This document shows, piece after piece, positions 27,255-36,121 of a stretch of DNA of 64,000 bases (position 1 is its first letter; every line of letters begins with the position of its first letter). The stretch is taken from the IMG/VR virus record IMGVR_UViG_3300049740_002954, positions 17,075-81,074 of that record. One strand, written 5' to 3'. The notes beneath the pieces were generated by a model that saw only the letters and a list, made by a program, of their open reading frames with translations, did no database searches and had not been told where the DNA came from. Source of the stretch: a virus. Both the position numbers and the translations under genes were made by a program.

Positions 27255-28536
27255 ATCCTAGAATATCTAGTAGAGGATCGCCTTTATGGGCGATTGTGAA
27301 TGGTCTTCCCGAAGGAGAGTATTGATAATCATTTAAAGGTAATCCTAAAGTATGTGCAATTGTTGCATTTAAATCCTCTGGCTTGATTGGTTTGCCTTCT
27401 ACTGGCGACCTTCCTGTTTTATCGGTTTCTCCATAAGTTATTCCTCCTTTAACTCCTCCTCCAGCAAGAAAAGCTGTAAAGCAATAGGGCCAATGGTCTC
27501 TTCCATCTCTACCATTAATGTTTGGAGTCCTTCCAAATTCAGAGGTTAAAACGACTAAAGTTTCTGAGAGAAGACCTCTTCTGCTTAAATCAAAAAGTAA
27601 TCCACTTAAGGCTTGGTCTATATCTGCACAGTTTGCTGCAACTCTTTCAAAGTTGTTGTCATGAGTGTCCCAACCCCCTCTAGTAACCTCAACATACCTA
27701 ACGCCATTTTCAACCAGTCTCCTGGCCAATAAGCAACCTTTTCCAAAATTAGTTTGTCCATAAAGATTGCTAGTGGATTCTGACTCCTTGGTAATATCAA
27801 ATGCATTGAGATCATTGCTGTTCATGAGCTTAATTGCGTCTTTATATAAATCCGTATAAGCTCTTACTTGTTTTTGCGGAAAATCGGTGGCAAAATTTTG
27901 ATTTAATTCTTCCGCAATAGATATTCTGCTTTGGAAATGCTCGTGGTCTAAATACGATGCCATTTTGCTGTTTGCCAGTCCCGCGTTAGGATTATTAATT
28001 GGTAAAGCTCCATATTTAGATTCAAGAAATCCTGCTCCACCTCCACCTCCACCAATTTTAATATTAGTTGGTATAGTTCTATTGATTGGGCCCGCAAGCT
28101 TTGAGACCCAACTGCCAAATGTTGGATGCACAATGGTACCTCTTTTAAGGTAGCTTGTATGCATAAGATAGCTTGCTTGTTCGTGCGCTCCTTGGCTAGT
28201 ATTCATGGTTTTAATGATTGCTCCATGATGCATAAGTTGCGCAGTTTTCGGAAGGTTTTCTGACAAGATCACTCCGTCAGCACTAGTTGGGATAGATTTT
28301 GTTGGGCCTTGAATGTCTGGCGCATCAGGCTTTGGTCCAAAAGTATCAAGGTGAGACATGGCTCCTGCCATATTCAGATATATAACGTGTCTAGCTGTTG
28401 GTATGCGAGACGCAGTCTCAAACGCGCTAACGCTGTTATGTATATACGCTCCGGCCATCGGCATTAAGCCGACCCCAAAGCACGCTTTTGCGGCATGCGC
28501 AATAAATTCCCTTCTTCCTAATTCGTCTATTTTCAT
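27253..28536 (-). CDS. DUF1501-family protein with Tat signal peptide
   Basis: LGRREFI twin-arginine signal; VIYLNMAGAMSHLDTF, FGKGCLLARRLVENGVRYVEV, GWDTH, SEFGRTP, GRDHW. Confidence 0.9.
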   Translation of the reverse strand: MKIDELGRREFIAHAAKACFGVGLMPMAGAYIHNSVSAFETASRIPTARHVIYLNMAGAMSHLDTFGPKPDAPDIQGPTKSIPTSADGVILSENLPKTAQLMHHGAIIKTMNTSQGAHEQASYLMHTSYLKRGTIVHPTFGSWVSKLAGPINRTIPTNIKIGGGGGGAGFLESKYGALPINNPNAGLANSKMASYLDHEHFQSRISIAEELNQNFATDFPQKQVRAYTDLYKDAIKLMNSNDLNAFDITKESESTSNLYGQTNFGKGCLLARRLVENGVRYVEVTRGGWDTHDNNFERVAANCADIDQALSGLLFDLSRRGLLSETLVVLTSEFGRTPNINGRDGRDHWPYCFTAFLAGGGVKGGITYGETDKTGRSPVEGKPIKPEDLNATIAHTLGLPLNDYQYSPSGRPFTIAHKGDPLLDILG

Positions 28537-28557
28537 AATTTTATTTGGTTTTAGTTT

Positions 28558-30828
28558 TTATTTTATAAATATAAATTCGTGAGTATTTATTAAAGTCCAG
28601 ATTATTTCTTTATATACCTCTTTTTTATCTTTTAATGACGATTTAAATAATGATATTTCTTTTGCGGATGGATTTCTATTTAGTATACATTTAAATCCAA
28701 CTTTAATTTTGTCGTCCAAAGATTGTTGAGATTCTATAGCTTTTATAACTTCAAAGTTTTTATTTCTTAATAATCTTGTTTCTACAAAGCCGTTGAGTAA
28801 ATTAAGTACCTGTGTTGCAGACGCGCTTTTGTTTGAATTTTCGATCTGCTCCCTGTCTGAACCACCAAACTCACGAATAAGGTGTCCTACGGGCGCAGGA
28901 GAGGGTAATTCAGAAGCTCTTACAGAATTCCGGTCTTTTACAAAGTTTTGCTTATAGTCATCTTTCTTTGCTTGTTGTTGAGATTTGAATTTATCAACAC
29001 AAGATTCGCAGCAAAACGCAACTGTCTCTCCGTTTTCATTTAGAGCTAGCAGAGTTGGATCAACAGCTCTTCCAGGTTTGATTGGACAATCTATGTTAAT
29101 TGGATCTGTAAATTTTGGCTTATTTGCGATTTTTGGCCTTTCTGTTTTATTGATTTTGGCCATAAGATCTTGAAATAATTCTTCGCCAGTCATTGCTGAG
29201 AAGTTTTGAAAGTCTTCATAGCCTTTTGTGTTTTGCTGAAGTTTTCTAGAATCTATATCGTTAAATGTTAAATTTACCAACGAATCCCAAACTTGTTCGC
29301 CGCTCATTCTTTCAAGCATTGGTCCTTGATAAAAATATGGAATAGCATTATGAGATTGTTTTTCAGTATTTGGACCTGCAACAATCCACTTTACATCTAC
29401 AGGCATAGACTGATCTTTATTGTCTCTTGGGATAACATCTCTTATTACAGATTCACGCTGAAAAGTTTTTGTATTATATAACACTCTTAAGAATTCTTTT
29501 AGGTCATAATCTAAGGCTACCATAACTTTTTCTAAATGCAACTGAAGTTTTGGGTCTGTAGCCAATGTATCGTCAAACATATTATCGATTGGCTCAATTA
29601 GAGCTAATCCAAAAGCTTCCTTCCATAACCTATTTACAACAACAGCTGTAAATCTAGGATTGGAATCTGTTGCGAGCCAATTTGCATATATTTCCCTCGA
29701 GCCAGCTTGAGGAGCTTTTGTCTTAATATCAATTTCTTTTCCAAAAATTGTTTTTCCAGATAATGTTTCGCTTGGCTTTGCGTTGTCGTATTGATAGTCA
29801 TTTGGTAAATTAATTTTTCCTGAACCCAGACTATCTAAGCCTGTTTGAAGAATGTCTTGAATGTTCCTAGATTCATTTCTTAGTTGTCTAGATTTTTGCG
29901 CCTCACCTGATTGCTCGAGTTTTCTTTGTTCTGTGTTGACCAATCTGTTAAACTGACCTAAATTATCAACACCTCTTCTTCTTAAATTTGTTGAGCCGCT
30001 TGTAAATGCGGCCATTTCATAAAATTGTTTTTGTGTCCAGCGATCAAATGGATGATCGTGGCACTGGGCGCATTCAAGACTGGTTCCAAGAAAAATGCGA
30101 ACTGTATTAGCCATATTGTCTAAGGGCATGTTTACATCTCGCGCAAAATAACTAACTCCTTCATTACCCCTTTCCCATAAAGCTCCAGATGAAGAAAGCA
30201 TTTCTCTTACCCAAACATCATATGGTCTATTGTTTGATATAAATTCTTTTACATAATTTTTATATGGTATACCTGATACTCTATTATTTAATCTATCTTT
30301 TATTCTTAATATATCAGCCCAAAAGTTAAACCAATGACTTGCATACCCTTCGCTACCTAATAGTTGATCTATTAATTTTGATCTTTTGTTTTTGTCTTTA
30401 CTATTTAAAAAGGTGTCTACTTCCGTTAATGACGGAGTTCTTCCGATAACCTTTAAATAAGATCTGCGTAAAAAAGTAGAATCATCAACTTCTTTATTTG
30501 GTCTAAGATTATATGATCTTAATTTTGTTTCAATTAAACTGTCAATATATCTTGCGTGCGTATTTAGATCATTATCTGATAGCGGTTTTTTCAATTTAGG
30601 TAAAGCTTCATGGCTAGGCGGAAAATTGTTTTTGATATAAGCTTGATTATCTTCTGTCAAGGAATCTATTGCTATTCTGAATAATTGCAAGTCACTTGCT
30701 CTTTTTATTAATGCGTGAGTGGCATTCGCTTCAAGAATATCTCCTTTTAAGTCTTTTCCGTTATTGAAATATAACGTATCTCCAAAACAATAAAAAGATG
30801 AGATTAATAATAAAAGTAGTTTTTTCAT
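28558..30828 (-). CDS. DUF1549/DUF1553 (PSCyt2/PSD1) planctomycete-type cytochrome-like protein
   Basis: Signal peptide, FLRRSYLKVIGRTP, WADILR, FLGTSLECAQCHDHPFD (CxxCH), VNRLW, RMSGEQVWDSL, WTLINTHEF. Confidence 0.9.
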   Translation of the reverse strand: MKKLLLLLISSFYCFGDTLYFNNGKDLKGDILEANATHALIKRASDLQLFRIAIDSLTEDNQAYIKNNFPPSHEALPKLKKPLSDNDLNTHARYIDSLIETKLRSYNLRPNKEVDDSTFLRRSYLKVIGRTPSLTEVDTFLNSKDKNKRSKLIDQLLGSEGYASHWFNFWADILRIKDRLNNRVSGIPYKNYVKEFISNNRPYDVWVREMLSSSGALWERGNEGVSYFARDVNMPLDNMANTVRIFLGTSLECAQCHDHPFDRWTQKQFYEMAAFTSGSTNLRRRGVDNLGQFNRLVNTEQRKLEQSGEAQKSRQLRNESRNIQDILQTGLDSLGSGKINLPNDYQYDNAKPSETLSGKTIFGKEIDIKTKAPQAGSREIYANWLATDSNPRFTAVVVNRLWKEAFGLALIEPIDNMFDDTLATDPKLQLHLEKVMVALDYDLKEFLRVLYNTKTFQRESVIRDVIPRDNKDQSMPVDVKWIVAGPNTEKQSHNAIPYFYQGPMLERMSGEQVWDSLVNLTFNDIDSRKLQQNTKGYEDFQNFSAMTGEELFQDLMAKINKTERPKIANKPKFTDPINIDCPIKPGRAVDPTLLALNENGETVAFCCESCVDKFKSQQQAKKDDYKQNFVKDRNSVRASELPSPAPVGHLIREFGGSDREQIENSNKSASATQVLNLLNGFVETRLLRNKNFEVIKAIESQQSLDDKIKVGFKCILNRNPSAKEISLFKSSLKDKKEVYKEIIWTLINTHEFIFIK

Positions 30829-30884
30829 ATCATATTATTACACTATTTTGATTGCTTGTCAAGAAATTTTCATATTAATTAAGT

Positions 30885-30911
30885 AAAAAAGCCACCCATT
30901 TCTGGGTGGCT
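30885..30911 (-). terminator. Intrinsic terminator after porin / small membrane gene
   Basis: Minus strand AGCCACCCA-GAAA-TGGGTGGCT then TTTTT. Confidence 0.8.
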
Positions 30912-30942
30912 GCATGAACATTAATTAGATAATTAAAGTCTG

Positions 30943-31173
30943 TTAGTCCTTTTGCTTAAAAAGGGCAACGATAAGAAGTAATGTGATTACTCCTGCGAGC
31001 GAAGCTCCGTCTCCAACGAAACCTGTGACTACCTCTTGAAGGTTGCCAATGACGTTAATAGGTGCTCCTTCGCCAAACACAACTTGTGCGACGACGAGCA
31101 ATCCGATAATAGAAAGCAGAACACTTGTAACTCCTCCTGCGTAACTTTTGATTGTATCTATTGTATTTTTCAT
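30943..31173 (-). CDS. Small two-TM membrane protein
   Basis: Two hydrophobic helices separated by GEGAPINVIGN. Confidence 0.7.
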   Translation of the reverse strand: MKNTIDTIKSYAGGVTSVLLSIIGLLVVAQVVFGEGAPINVIGNLQEVVTGFVGDGASLAGVITLLLIVALFKQKD

Positions 31174-31180
31174 AGTAAAA

Positions 31181-31828
31181 TTAGAAAGAGAATGTTAGTC
31201 CAGCAGAAATAACATCTGCACTATCAATAGAATCAGAGTCTACTCTATCGTAAGAGAGGTTTCCCGATACAGTTTCGGATAATGATTTTGATAGTTCTAC
31301 CCCAATTCTGTGGTAGTCATTATCTTCAACGCCATATCTATCTGCATTTCCAAGGGCGCCAGAAAGCTCAAGATTAGCAAAAGAAAGATCAAAACTATGT
31401 GAAACTCCTAGTTCTAATACATAATTATCTTCACTAGTATCTCTTTGCACTAGAAAAGATGGATTTAAAATAGAATTAAGACTTAATTCTAAAACCGCAT
31501 CAAGCTGACTTGCTCCACTGACGATTTCTTCATGCTCAAGGCCTACGTAGGCATTGAGTAGATCTCCAAGACTGCTTGACACTCCTCCGGAAAAAGTATA
31601 AATACTTTGCCCATCAGACAATTCATCTACAGCAGAAGCAGAGCCTTCAACGGAAAGCGCTCCTACATCTTGACTATAAGACACAGAAGCTGAGAGATGT
31701 TCGTCTGCTAGAATAGATCCTTTCGAGAAAGAATCTGTTCCATATCCTAGGGATACGGATCCAGCATGAACCGCGTTAATAAGTAGTGCTGCTGCAATAG
31801 CAGTAACTGTTAGTATTTTAGTTTTCAT
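31181..31828 (-). CDS. Outer-membrane beta-barrel (porin-like)
   Basis: Signal peptide MKTKIL...AVHA, alternating amphipathic strands, C-terminal beta-signal AGLTFSF; start moved to ATG 31828. Confidence 0.75.
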   Translation of the reverse strand: MKTKILTVTAIAAALLINAVHAGSVSLGYGTDSFSKGSILADEHLSASVSYSQDVGALSVEGSASAVDELSDGQSIYTFSGGVSSSLGDLLNAYVGLEHEEIVSGASQLDAVLELSLNSILNPSFLVQRDTSEDNYVLELGVSHSFDLSFANLELSGALGNADRYGVEDNDYHRIGVELSKSLSETVSGNLSYDRVDSDSIDSADVISAGLTFSF

Positions 31829-31842
31829 AATTAAAACGATTA

Positions 31843-31871
31843 ATGATAACACATAAATCCATTAATGTCAA
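31843..31871 (-). promoter_or_regulatory. sigma70-type promoter for the porin gene
   Basis: TTGACA-17 nt-TATCAT. Confidence 0.7.
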
Positions 31872-32293
31872 GTAATTTTTATTCTTGTCGAATTTTTATT
31901 CTTTTTTCTTGGTATTGTTATACTAAGGATTCCATTATCTGAATTGGCAGATATATTTTTTGCATCTAAATCATCGCTCAATTTAAAGGTATTTTTGAAT
32001 CCATCTAAAAATATCTGTTGCTGAATATATTCTCCTTCGACAGAATCTTCTTTGGGGGCGTCGTAGCTAACAGATAATTGATTGTTTTTATAATTAATAT
32101 TAATTTCTTCTTTCGGTACTCCTGGTACTTGAAGTTGAATAAGTATTTCGTTTTCTTTAGATAGAATGTTTGATTGCACTGGATATTCATTTAATGAATG
32201 CGAGTACAATAGATCATCTAGTAAGGAATCTATTTTGAATGAGGCATAAGGGTTTTTATTGTTTGTTTTTGTGTTTTTAAAAAAATAAGACAT
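31868..32293 (-). CDS. Small heat-shock protein Hsp20
   Basis: VPGVPKEEINI, FKNTFKL, ISANSDNGILSITIPR alpha-crystallin motifs. Confidence 0.9.
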   Translation of the reverse strand: MSYFFKNTKTNNKNPYASFKIDSLLDDLLYSHSLNEYPVQSNILSKENEILIQLQVPGVPKEEININYKNNQLSVSYDAPKEDSVEGEYIQQQIFLDGFKNTFKLSDDLDAKNISANSDNGILSITIPRKKNKNSTRIKIT

Positions 32294-32333
32294 AATTATA
32301 ATTGTTAAGGGTTAATTTTGTATTGTACTGTAT

Positions 32334-32350
32334 TGCATCTGTCATGCCAA
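32334..32350 (-). promoter_or_regulatory. Candidate sigma54 (-24/-12) promoter for hsp20
   Basis: Minus strand TTGGCATGACAGATGCA: GG-N10-GC spacing, close to TGGCACG-N4-TTGCW. Confidence 0.5.
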
Positions 32351-32914
32351 TTATTTTTTAAATAAAAATGGACGCCACTCATCCCTCTCTCTTTGAAAGG
32401 GGTGGAAGAAAGGATAAGGGTTTGAGGGCTTTAGTTCTTCACCTTTATAGTTTTTATAAGGATATATTGTTGACTTTTTAGAATTGCAAGGCTGGCATGT
32501 AAGAGTGACATTATGACTCTCTTTTGTCCCACCTTTGCTTTTTGGGTATATATGTTCGATTGTCATTTGTTTAATATCGTACTTTTCTCCACATATTTGA
32601 CATCGTTTGTTATATCTTTTGTATAGATATCTTAAATTTGGTTTATCTGAAGTCTGATAAACCCATTTTGCAGAAGTTAATAAAATTGTGGGGACAGGAT
32701 AAATTTGATTAGAAGAAGTCATAAATGGTTGATTTTCATAATAGGTTGCTCTTTGAGGGTTGATCCATTCTTCCCACGTTAAAGGTTCTCCAGAAAAAGA
32801 TAAAGCTTTAACAGACATAACTTTTGAATTTTTTGATCCACAGGAAATTAATTTCCTAACTCCTTCTCTAGCACTAGTAATATTAACTGGAGTCCAAAAA
32901 TGAGATAATATCAA
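32351..32914 (-). CDS. HNH endonuclease
   Basis: CQICG...TIEHIYPKSKGG...NVTLTCQPCNSKK. Confidence 0.85.
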   Translation of the reverse strand: MILSHFWTPVNITSAREGVRKLISCGSKNSKVMSVKALSFSGEPLTWEEWINPQRATYYENQPFMTSSNQIYPVPTILLTSAKWVYQTSDKPNLRYLYKRYNKRCQICGEKYDIKQMTIEHIYPKSKGGTKESHNVTLTCQPCNSKKSTIYPYKNYKGEELKPSNPYPFFHPFQRERDEWRPFLFKK

Positions 32915-32963
32915 GACAAGTCTGTCTTTAGCGCTACAGAGGAATGGATTTTCATTACTAATT

Positions 32964-33200
32964 TTAACCTAAACTAATTTTTAAAAACCCATTTTCGTCA
33001 TGCCATAAAACTCCAGAAACTGCAGGGTCTTGTTGTGGTAAATCTAAAAATTGTATCTGTGCGCTTCCACTAAGTCCGGGGTAAGCGCATAAAGCTTGTC
33101 CGCTATTAATATACATTTCACCCTCTTTTGAAGAAAGAGTTACTGGGTTTTCTTGGTCTGAAATAAGTTTTACTTTTGGTATATGAACTATATTGTTCAT
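32964..33200 (-). CDS. Small phage structural-type protein
   Basis: C-terminal LPQQDPAVSGVLWHDENGFLKISLG resembles the LPTSDP..GQLWND.GTLKVS motif of phage fibre proteins. Confidence 0.5.
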   Translation of the reverse strand: MNNIVHIPKVKLISDQENPVTLSSKEGEMYINSGQALCAYPGLSGSAQIQFLDLPQQDPAVSGVLWHDENGFLKISLG

Positions 33201-34351
33201 TTTTCATGAGTATAGCCCATTTTTTTCATCTTGAGATGCTCTTCAAAAGTATTCGCTTTGTAACCTTTTCCTGTTTTTGGATCATACATCATGTGGGGTT
33301 TGAAGTTTTTCTTATCATCTTCTTCTGCAGACTTCGCTTTTTCCCAAGCTTTTTTTTGAGGGCGATCTTTATCTCCAGGTTTCGCAGGTTTATAGTTTTT
33401 ACCCATGCGTTTTTTCTTTTTTCGAATATTTTCCCAAAGGCCGGCTTCTGTTTCGTCTTCTGAGTTTGCGTTTTTTTCACCTTCATCTTCTTCTCCTTTG
33501 GTCATTTTGGTGACGCTTTTTTTACTCCACATTTTACAGCTCCAATAGCGAGCTTTTGTTTTGGGCCCTGGGTTTGCGCAATTATGACGAGCTCTAAAAT
33601 TTTTGCGACGACTTGGATCATCGCGCTTAATTTCCATATTTGGGTCCCCAAAATTAACTTTGACAACATTCCCCTTTTCATTTTTAACATAAACAGAAAA
33701 CTTTTTAGGTCCACCTGGCGTCCGAAATGGCTTGTTTAACTTTTTACCTTTATTTGCTTCAGCTGCCCAGCTTTCTTCATCGATATATTCTTCAAAGCCA
33801 AGCTCATCTACATCAATAAATATAGTACTCCACATTTCTTCCGTAAAATCTGGATCTTCTTGAAGTTGGTGGTTGTGTATATCCAGTTTCGCTTGAATTA
33901 AATCTTCTTCTGAAAAGAAATTTTCTTCTCTTACCCCATCATCAATGAGTACATTTGCAGAGGCTTTAGCGATATCTTGATCAGCTTTTCTGTAGGAATC
34001 TTTAACTTTTCCGCCTCTAACCATTTTTAAGAAAGTGTTAACTCTTGCCATTGCCCATTGCCCCCTACTTTTACCAGGTCTATGACTTGATGAAAAAGCT
34101 CCCGCTCCTCTCCTATATACTTTTTTAAGCTGGGATAATGTTACTTTTTTCTTGCTTTTTAAATTGTGCTCTTTAACTTTAGACTTTAAAGATTCTAAAA
34201 CTTTATCGGAAAATGTTATTTTTCCTCCATCTTCTCCTGCACTACCTGGCTTGTTTTTGCTCGAGCCCTTGCGTTTTTCTGATTTTTTTGCGGGGGTTTG
34301 CGCTGAACTTTTTGGTCCCGGACGTTTAGCTGATTTAGATTCGTTTTCCAT
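33197..34351 (-). CDS. Basic multi-module phage protein
   Basis: Modules VYRRGAGAF..SHRP..QWAMARVNTF, KVNFGDPNM..RRKNFRARHNC..YWSCKMW, GLWENIRKKK, FKPHMMYDPKTG separated by acidic linkers. Confidence 0.65.
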   Translation of the reverse strand: MENESKSAKRPGPKSSAQTPAKKSEKRKGSSKNKPGSAGEDGGKITFSDKVLESLKSKVKEHNLKSKKKVTLSQLKKVYRRGAGAFSSSHRPGKSRGQWAMARVNTFLKMVRGGKVKDSYRKADQDIAKASANVLIDDGVREENFFSEEDLIQAKLDIHNHQLQEDPDFTEEMWSTIFIDVDELGFEEYIDEESWAAEANKGKKLNKPFRTPGGPKKFSVYVKNEKGNVVKVNFGDPNMEIKRDDPSRRKNFRARHNCANPGPKTKARYWSCKMWSKKSVTKMTKGEEDEGEKNANSEDETEAGLWENIRKKKKRMGKNYKPAKPGDKDRPQKKAWEKAKSAEEDDKKNFKPHMMYDPKTGKGYKANTFEEHLKMKKMGYTHEK

Positions 34352-34353
34352 AA

Positions 34354-35391
34354 TTATTTGTTACACAATAAATTGTAATCATGTTCATACATTTTTTGTA
34401 TTAATTTGTTAAATTTTGTTTTTCTTTTCCACCCTAATTCGTTTTCAGCTAAACTTGGATCTCCGCATAATTCGTGAACTTCTGCTGGGCGATAGAATTT
34501 TGGGTTAACTTGGAATAGTATTTCTTTATTATCTGTGAAATATTTTTCTTCTTCATTTTTTCCTGATTTAAAGTATTTAATCCCCGCGCAACTTAGAGCG
34601 CCTTCCAAAAATTCTCTTACAGTGTGCATTTTGCCGCTTCCAAGAACATAATTTTTTGGATAATCTTGATTAAGCATTAACCAAACTCCCTCCATAAAAT
34701 CTTCTGCGTCACTCCAGTCCCTCTTTGCTTCGATATTTCCCAGCGAGAGAGGTGTGATTTTATGATTACTTTCTATTTGAGTTTTTATCTTTGCTATCGC
34801 GTGCGTTATTTTTCTGGTAACAAAATCTAGTCCCCTCCTTGTTCCCTCGTGATTAAACAGCCAACCTTGTATGGCGTATAAGCCATAAGATTCTCTATAA
34901 ACTCTTACAATATGCCTTGCGGCGCATTTTGCTGCGCCATAAGGAGATTGTGGTAATAAAGGGTGGGTTTCATTTTGAGGAGAAAAAACTACATCACCAA
35001 ACTCTTCACTGCTACCGGCATTATAAAATCTACAGTGGGGAGAAAATCTTCTAATTGATTCTAATATATGTAGCACTGCGCTAGAGTCTGTTTCCCATGT
35101 TTGTATAGGGTAATTCCAGCTGCCTGCGACAAAAGATTGTGCGGCGAAGTTTATAAAAAAATCTGGTTGTAAATTAATGGTTATATCACGAATACTATGA
35201 GCGTCATTTAGATCCATGTCTATTAATTCAAATCTAGGTTCATCTTCTAGATGTAAAATATTTTCATGGTTTTTTACGCTTAATCTTCTCGCTGTGCCGT
35301 ATATTTTATAATTCGTGTTTTGCAGGAGGTAGTCCACCATATGACTTCCATCTTGCCCAGTTACTCCTGTAACTATAACTTTTTTTGTCAT
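34354..35391 (-). CDS. gmd: GDP-mannose 4,6-dehydratase
   Basis: GVTGQDGS, AAQSFV, SSEEFG, SPYGAAK, FNHE, FVTRKI, RDW, RPAEV. Confidence 0.95.
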   Translation of the reverse strand: MTKKVIVTGVTGQDGSHMVDYLLQNTNYKIYGTARRLSVKNHENILHLEDEPRFELIDMDLNDAHSIRDITINLQPDFFINFAAQSFVAGSWNYPIQTWETDSSAVLHILESIRRFSPHCRFYNAGSSEEFGDVVFSPQNETHPLLPQSPYGAAKCAARHIVRVYRESYGLYAIQGWLFNHEGTRRGLDFVTRKITHAIAKIKTQIESNHKITPLSLGNIEAKRDWSDAEDFMEGVWLMLNQDYPKNYVLGSGKMHTVREFLEGALSCAGIKYFKSGKNEEEKYFTDNKEILFQVNPKFYRPAEVHELCGDPSLAENELGWKRKTKFNKLIQKMYEHDYNLLCNK

Positions 35392-35392
35392 T

Positions 35393-36121
35393 TTAAAATT
35401 TAAAGCCTACATTTATTTTTTCTTCTATTGCATCTTCTACAGAAAGCTTTCCAAAGCTATCTTCATCATGCTCATTGTTTGGTTTGCAGATTTGATTCTC
35501 GTGCCTTCTATATGAAAATAATGGTTCATTGATGATTTTAAATTTATAACCGCTTGTGATGGCCTGCTTCCAAAGAAGCAAATCTTCTTCGGGTATATCA
35601 TTTATCCCGTACCTATTGAAAGGGTTTTGCCAAAAATTTTTACTATAAGCGACTCCTGGGTGGCCGATTACATTATGGTCGATCATTAAATTTCCAAAAA
35701 TACTTCCATAGCCAGACATGTTTCTATACGCCGTAATTTCGCTTTCTTCGTTTACCTCAAAAAAATCTGAAGATACAATGTCGTAACCTTTTTTTAGTAC
35801 TTTTAATTGCTCTTGCACTCTGGATCTTTCATAAAAATCATCAATATTTGTATTGAATACGTAATCACAGCCATCTTCAAAAGCTTGGTCTATAATAAAA
35901 TTCATGGCTTCTGCATGATTTTTTAGTTTTTTATTAAAAAACGTCGATCCTTCCACAAACTTATGAGAGTCTGATCCGTAATTGATTTCGTAAAAATTTA
36001 ATTCATTGTAGGTTTGATGCTTTATTGAGTTTACGCATTGGTCGATCCATTTCCTGCTACATATTTTTGTTGCGTTTTTGTGAAAAAATACTACTCCTAT
36101 TTTCATTATATTTGTTTCCAT
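35393..36121 (-). CDS. Glycosyltransferase, GT2-like
   Basis: NIDDFYERSR, IGHPGV, EDLLLW, LFSYRRHENQ. Confidence 0.75.
   Translation of the reverse strand: METNIMKIGVVFFHKNATKICSRKWIDQCVNSIKHQTYNELNFYEINYGSDSHKFVEGSTFFNKKLKNHAEAMNFIIDQAFEDGCDYVFNTNIDDFYERSRVQEQLKVLKKGYDIVSSDFFEVNEESEITAYRNMSGYGSIFGNLMIDHNVIGHPGVAYSKNFWQNPFNRYGINDIPEEDLLLWKQAITSGYKFKIINEPLFSYRRHENQICKPNNEHDEDSFGKLSVEDAIEEKINVGFKF

Noticed and set aside
27253-32293. Host chromosomal contamination explaining the DUF1501/PSD1/porin/hsp20 block
   Set aside because: The block shares a bidirectional terminator with nrdB, carries the phage GTGTA motif and keeps phage-like gene packing; a chimera cannot be fully excluded without reads.
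32351-32914. HNH as an intron-encoded homing endonuclease
   Set aside because: Free-standing between intact genes; no interrupted host gene or intron structure seen.
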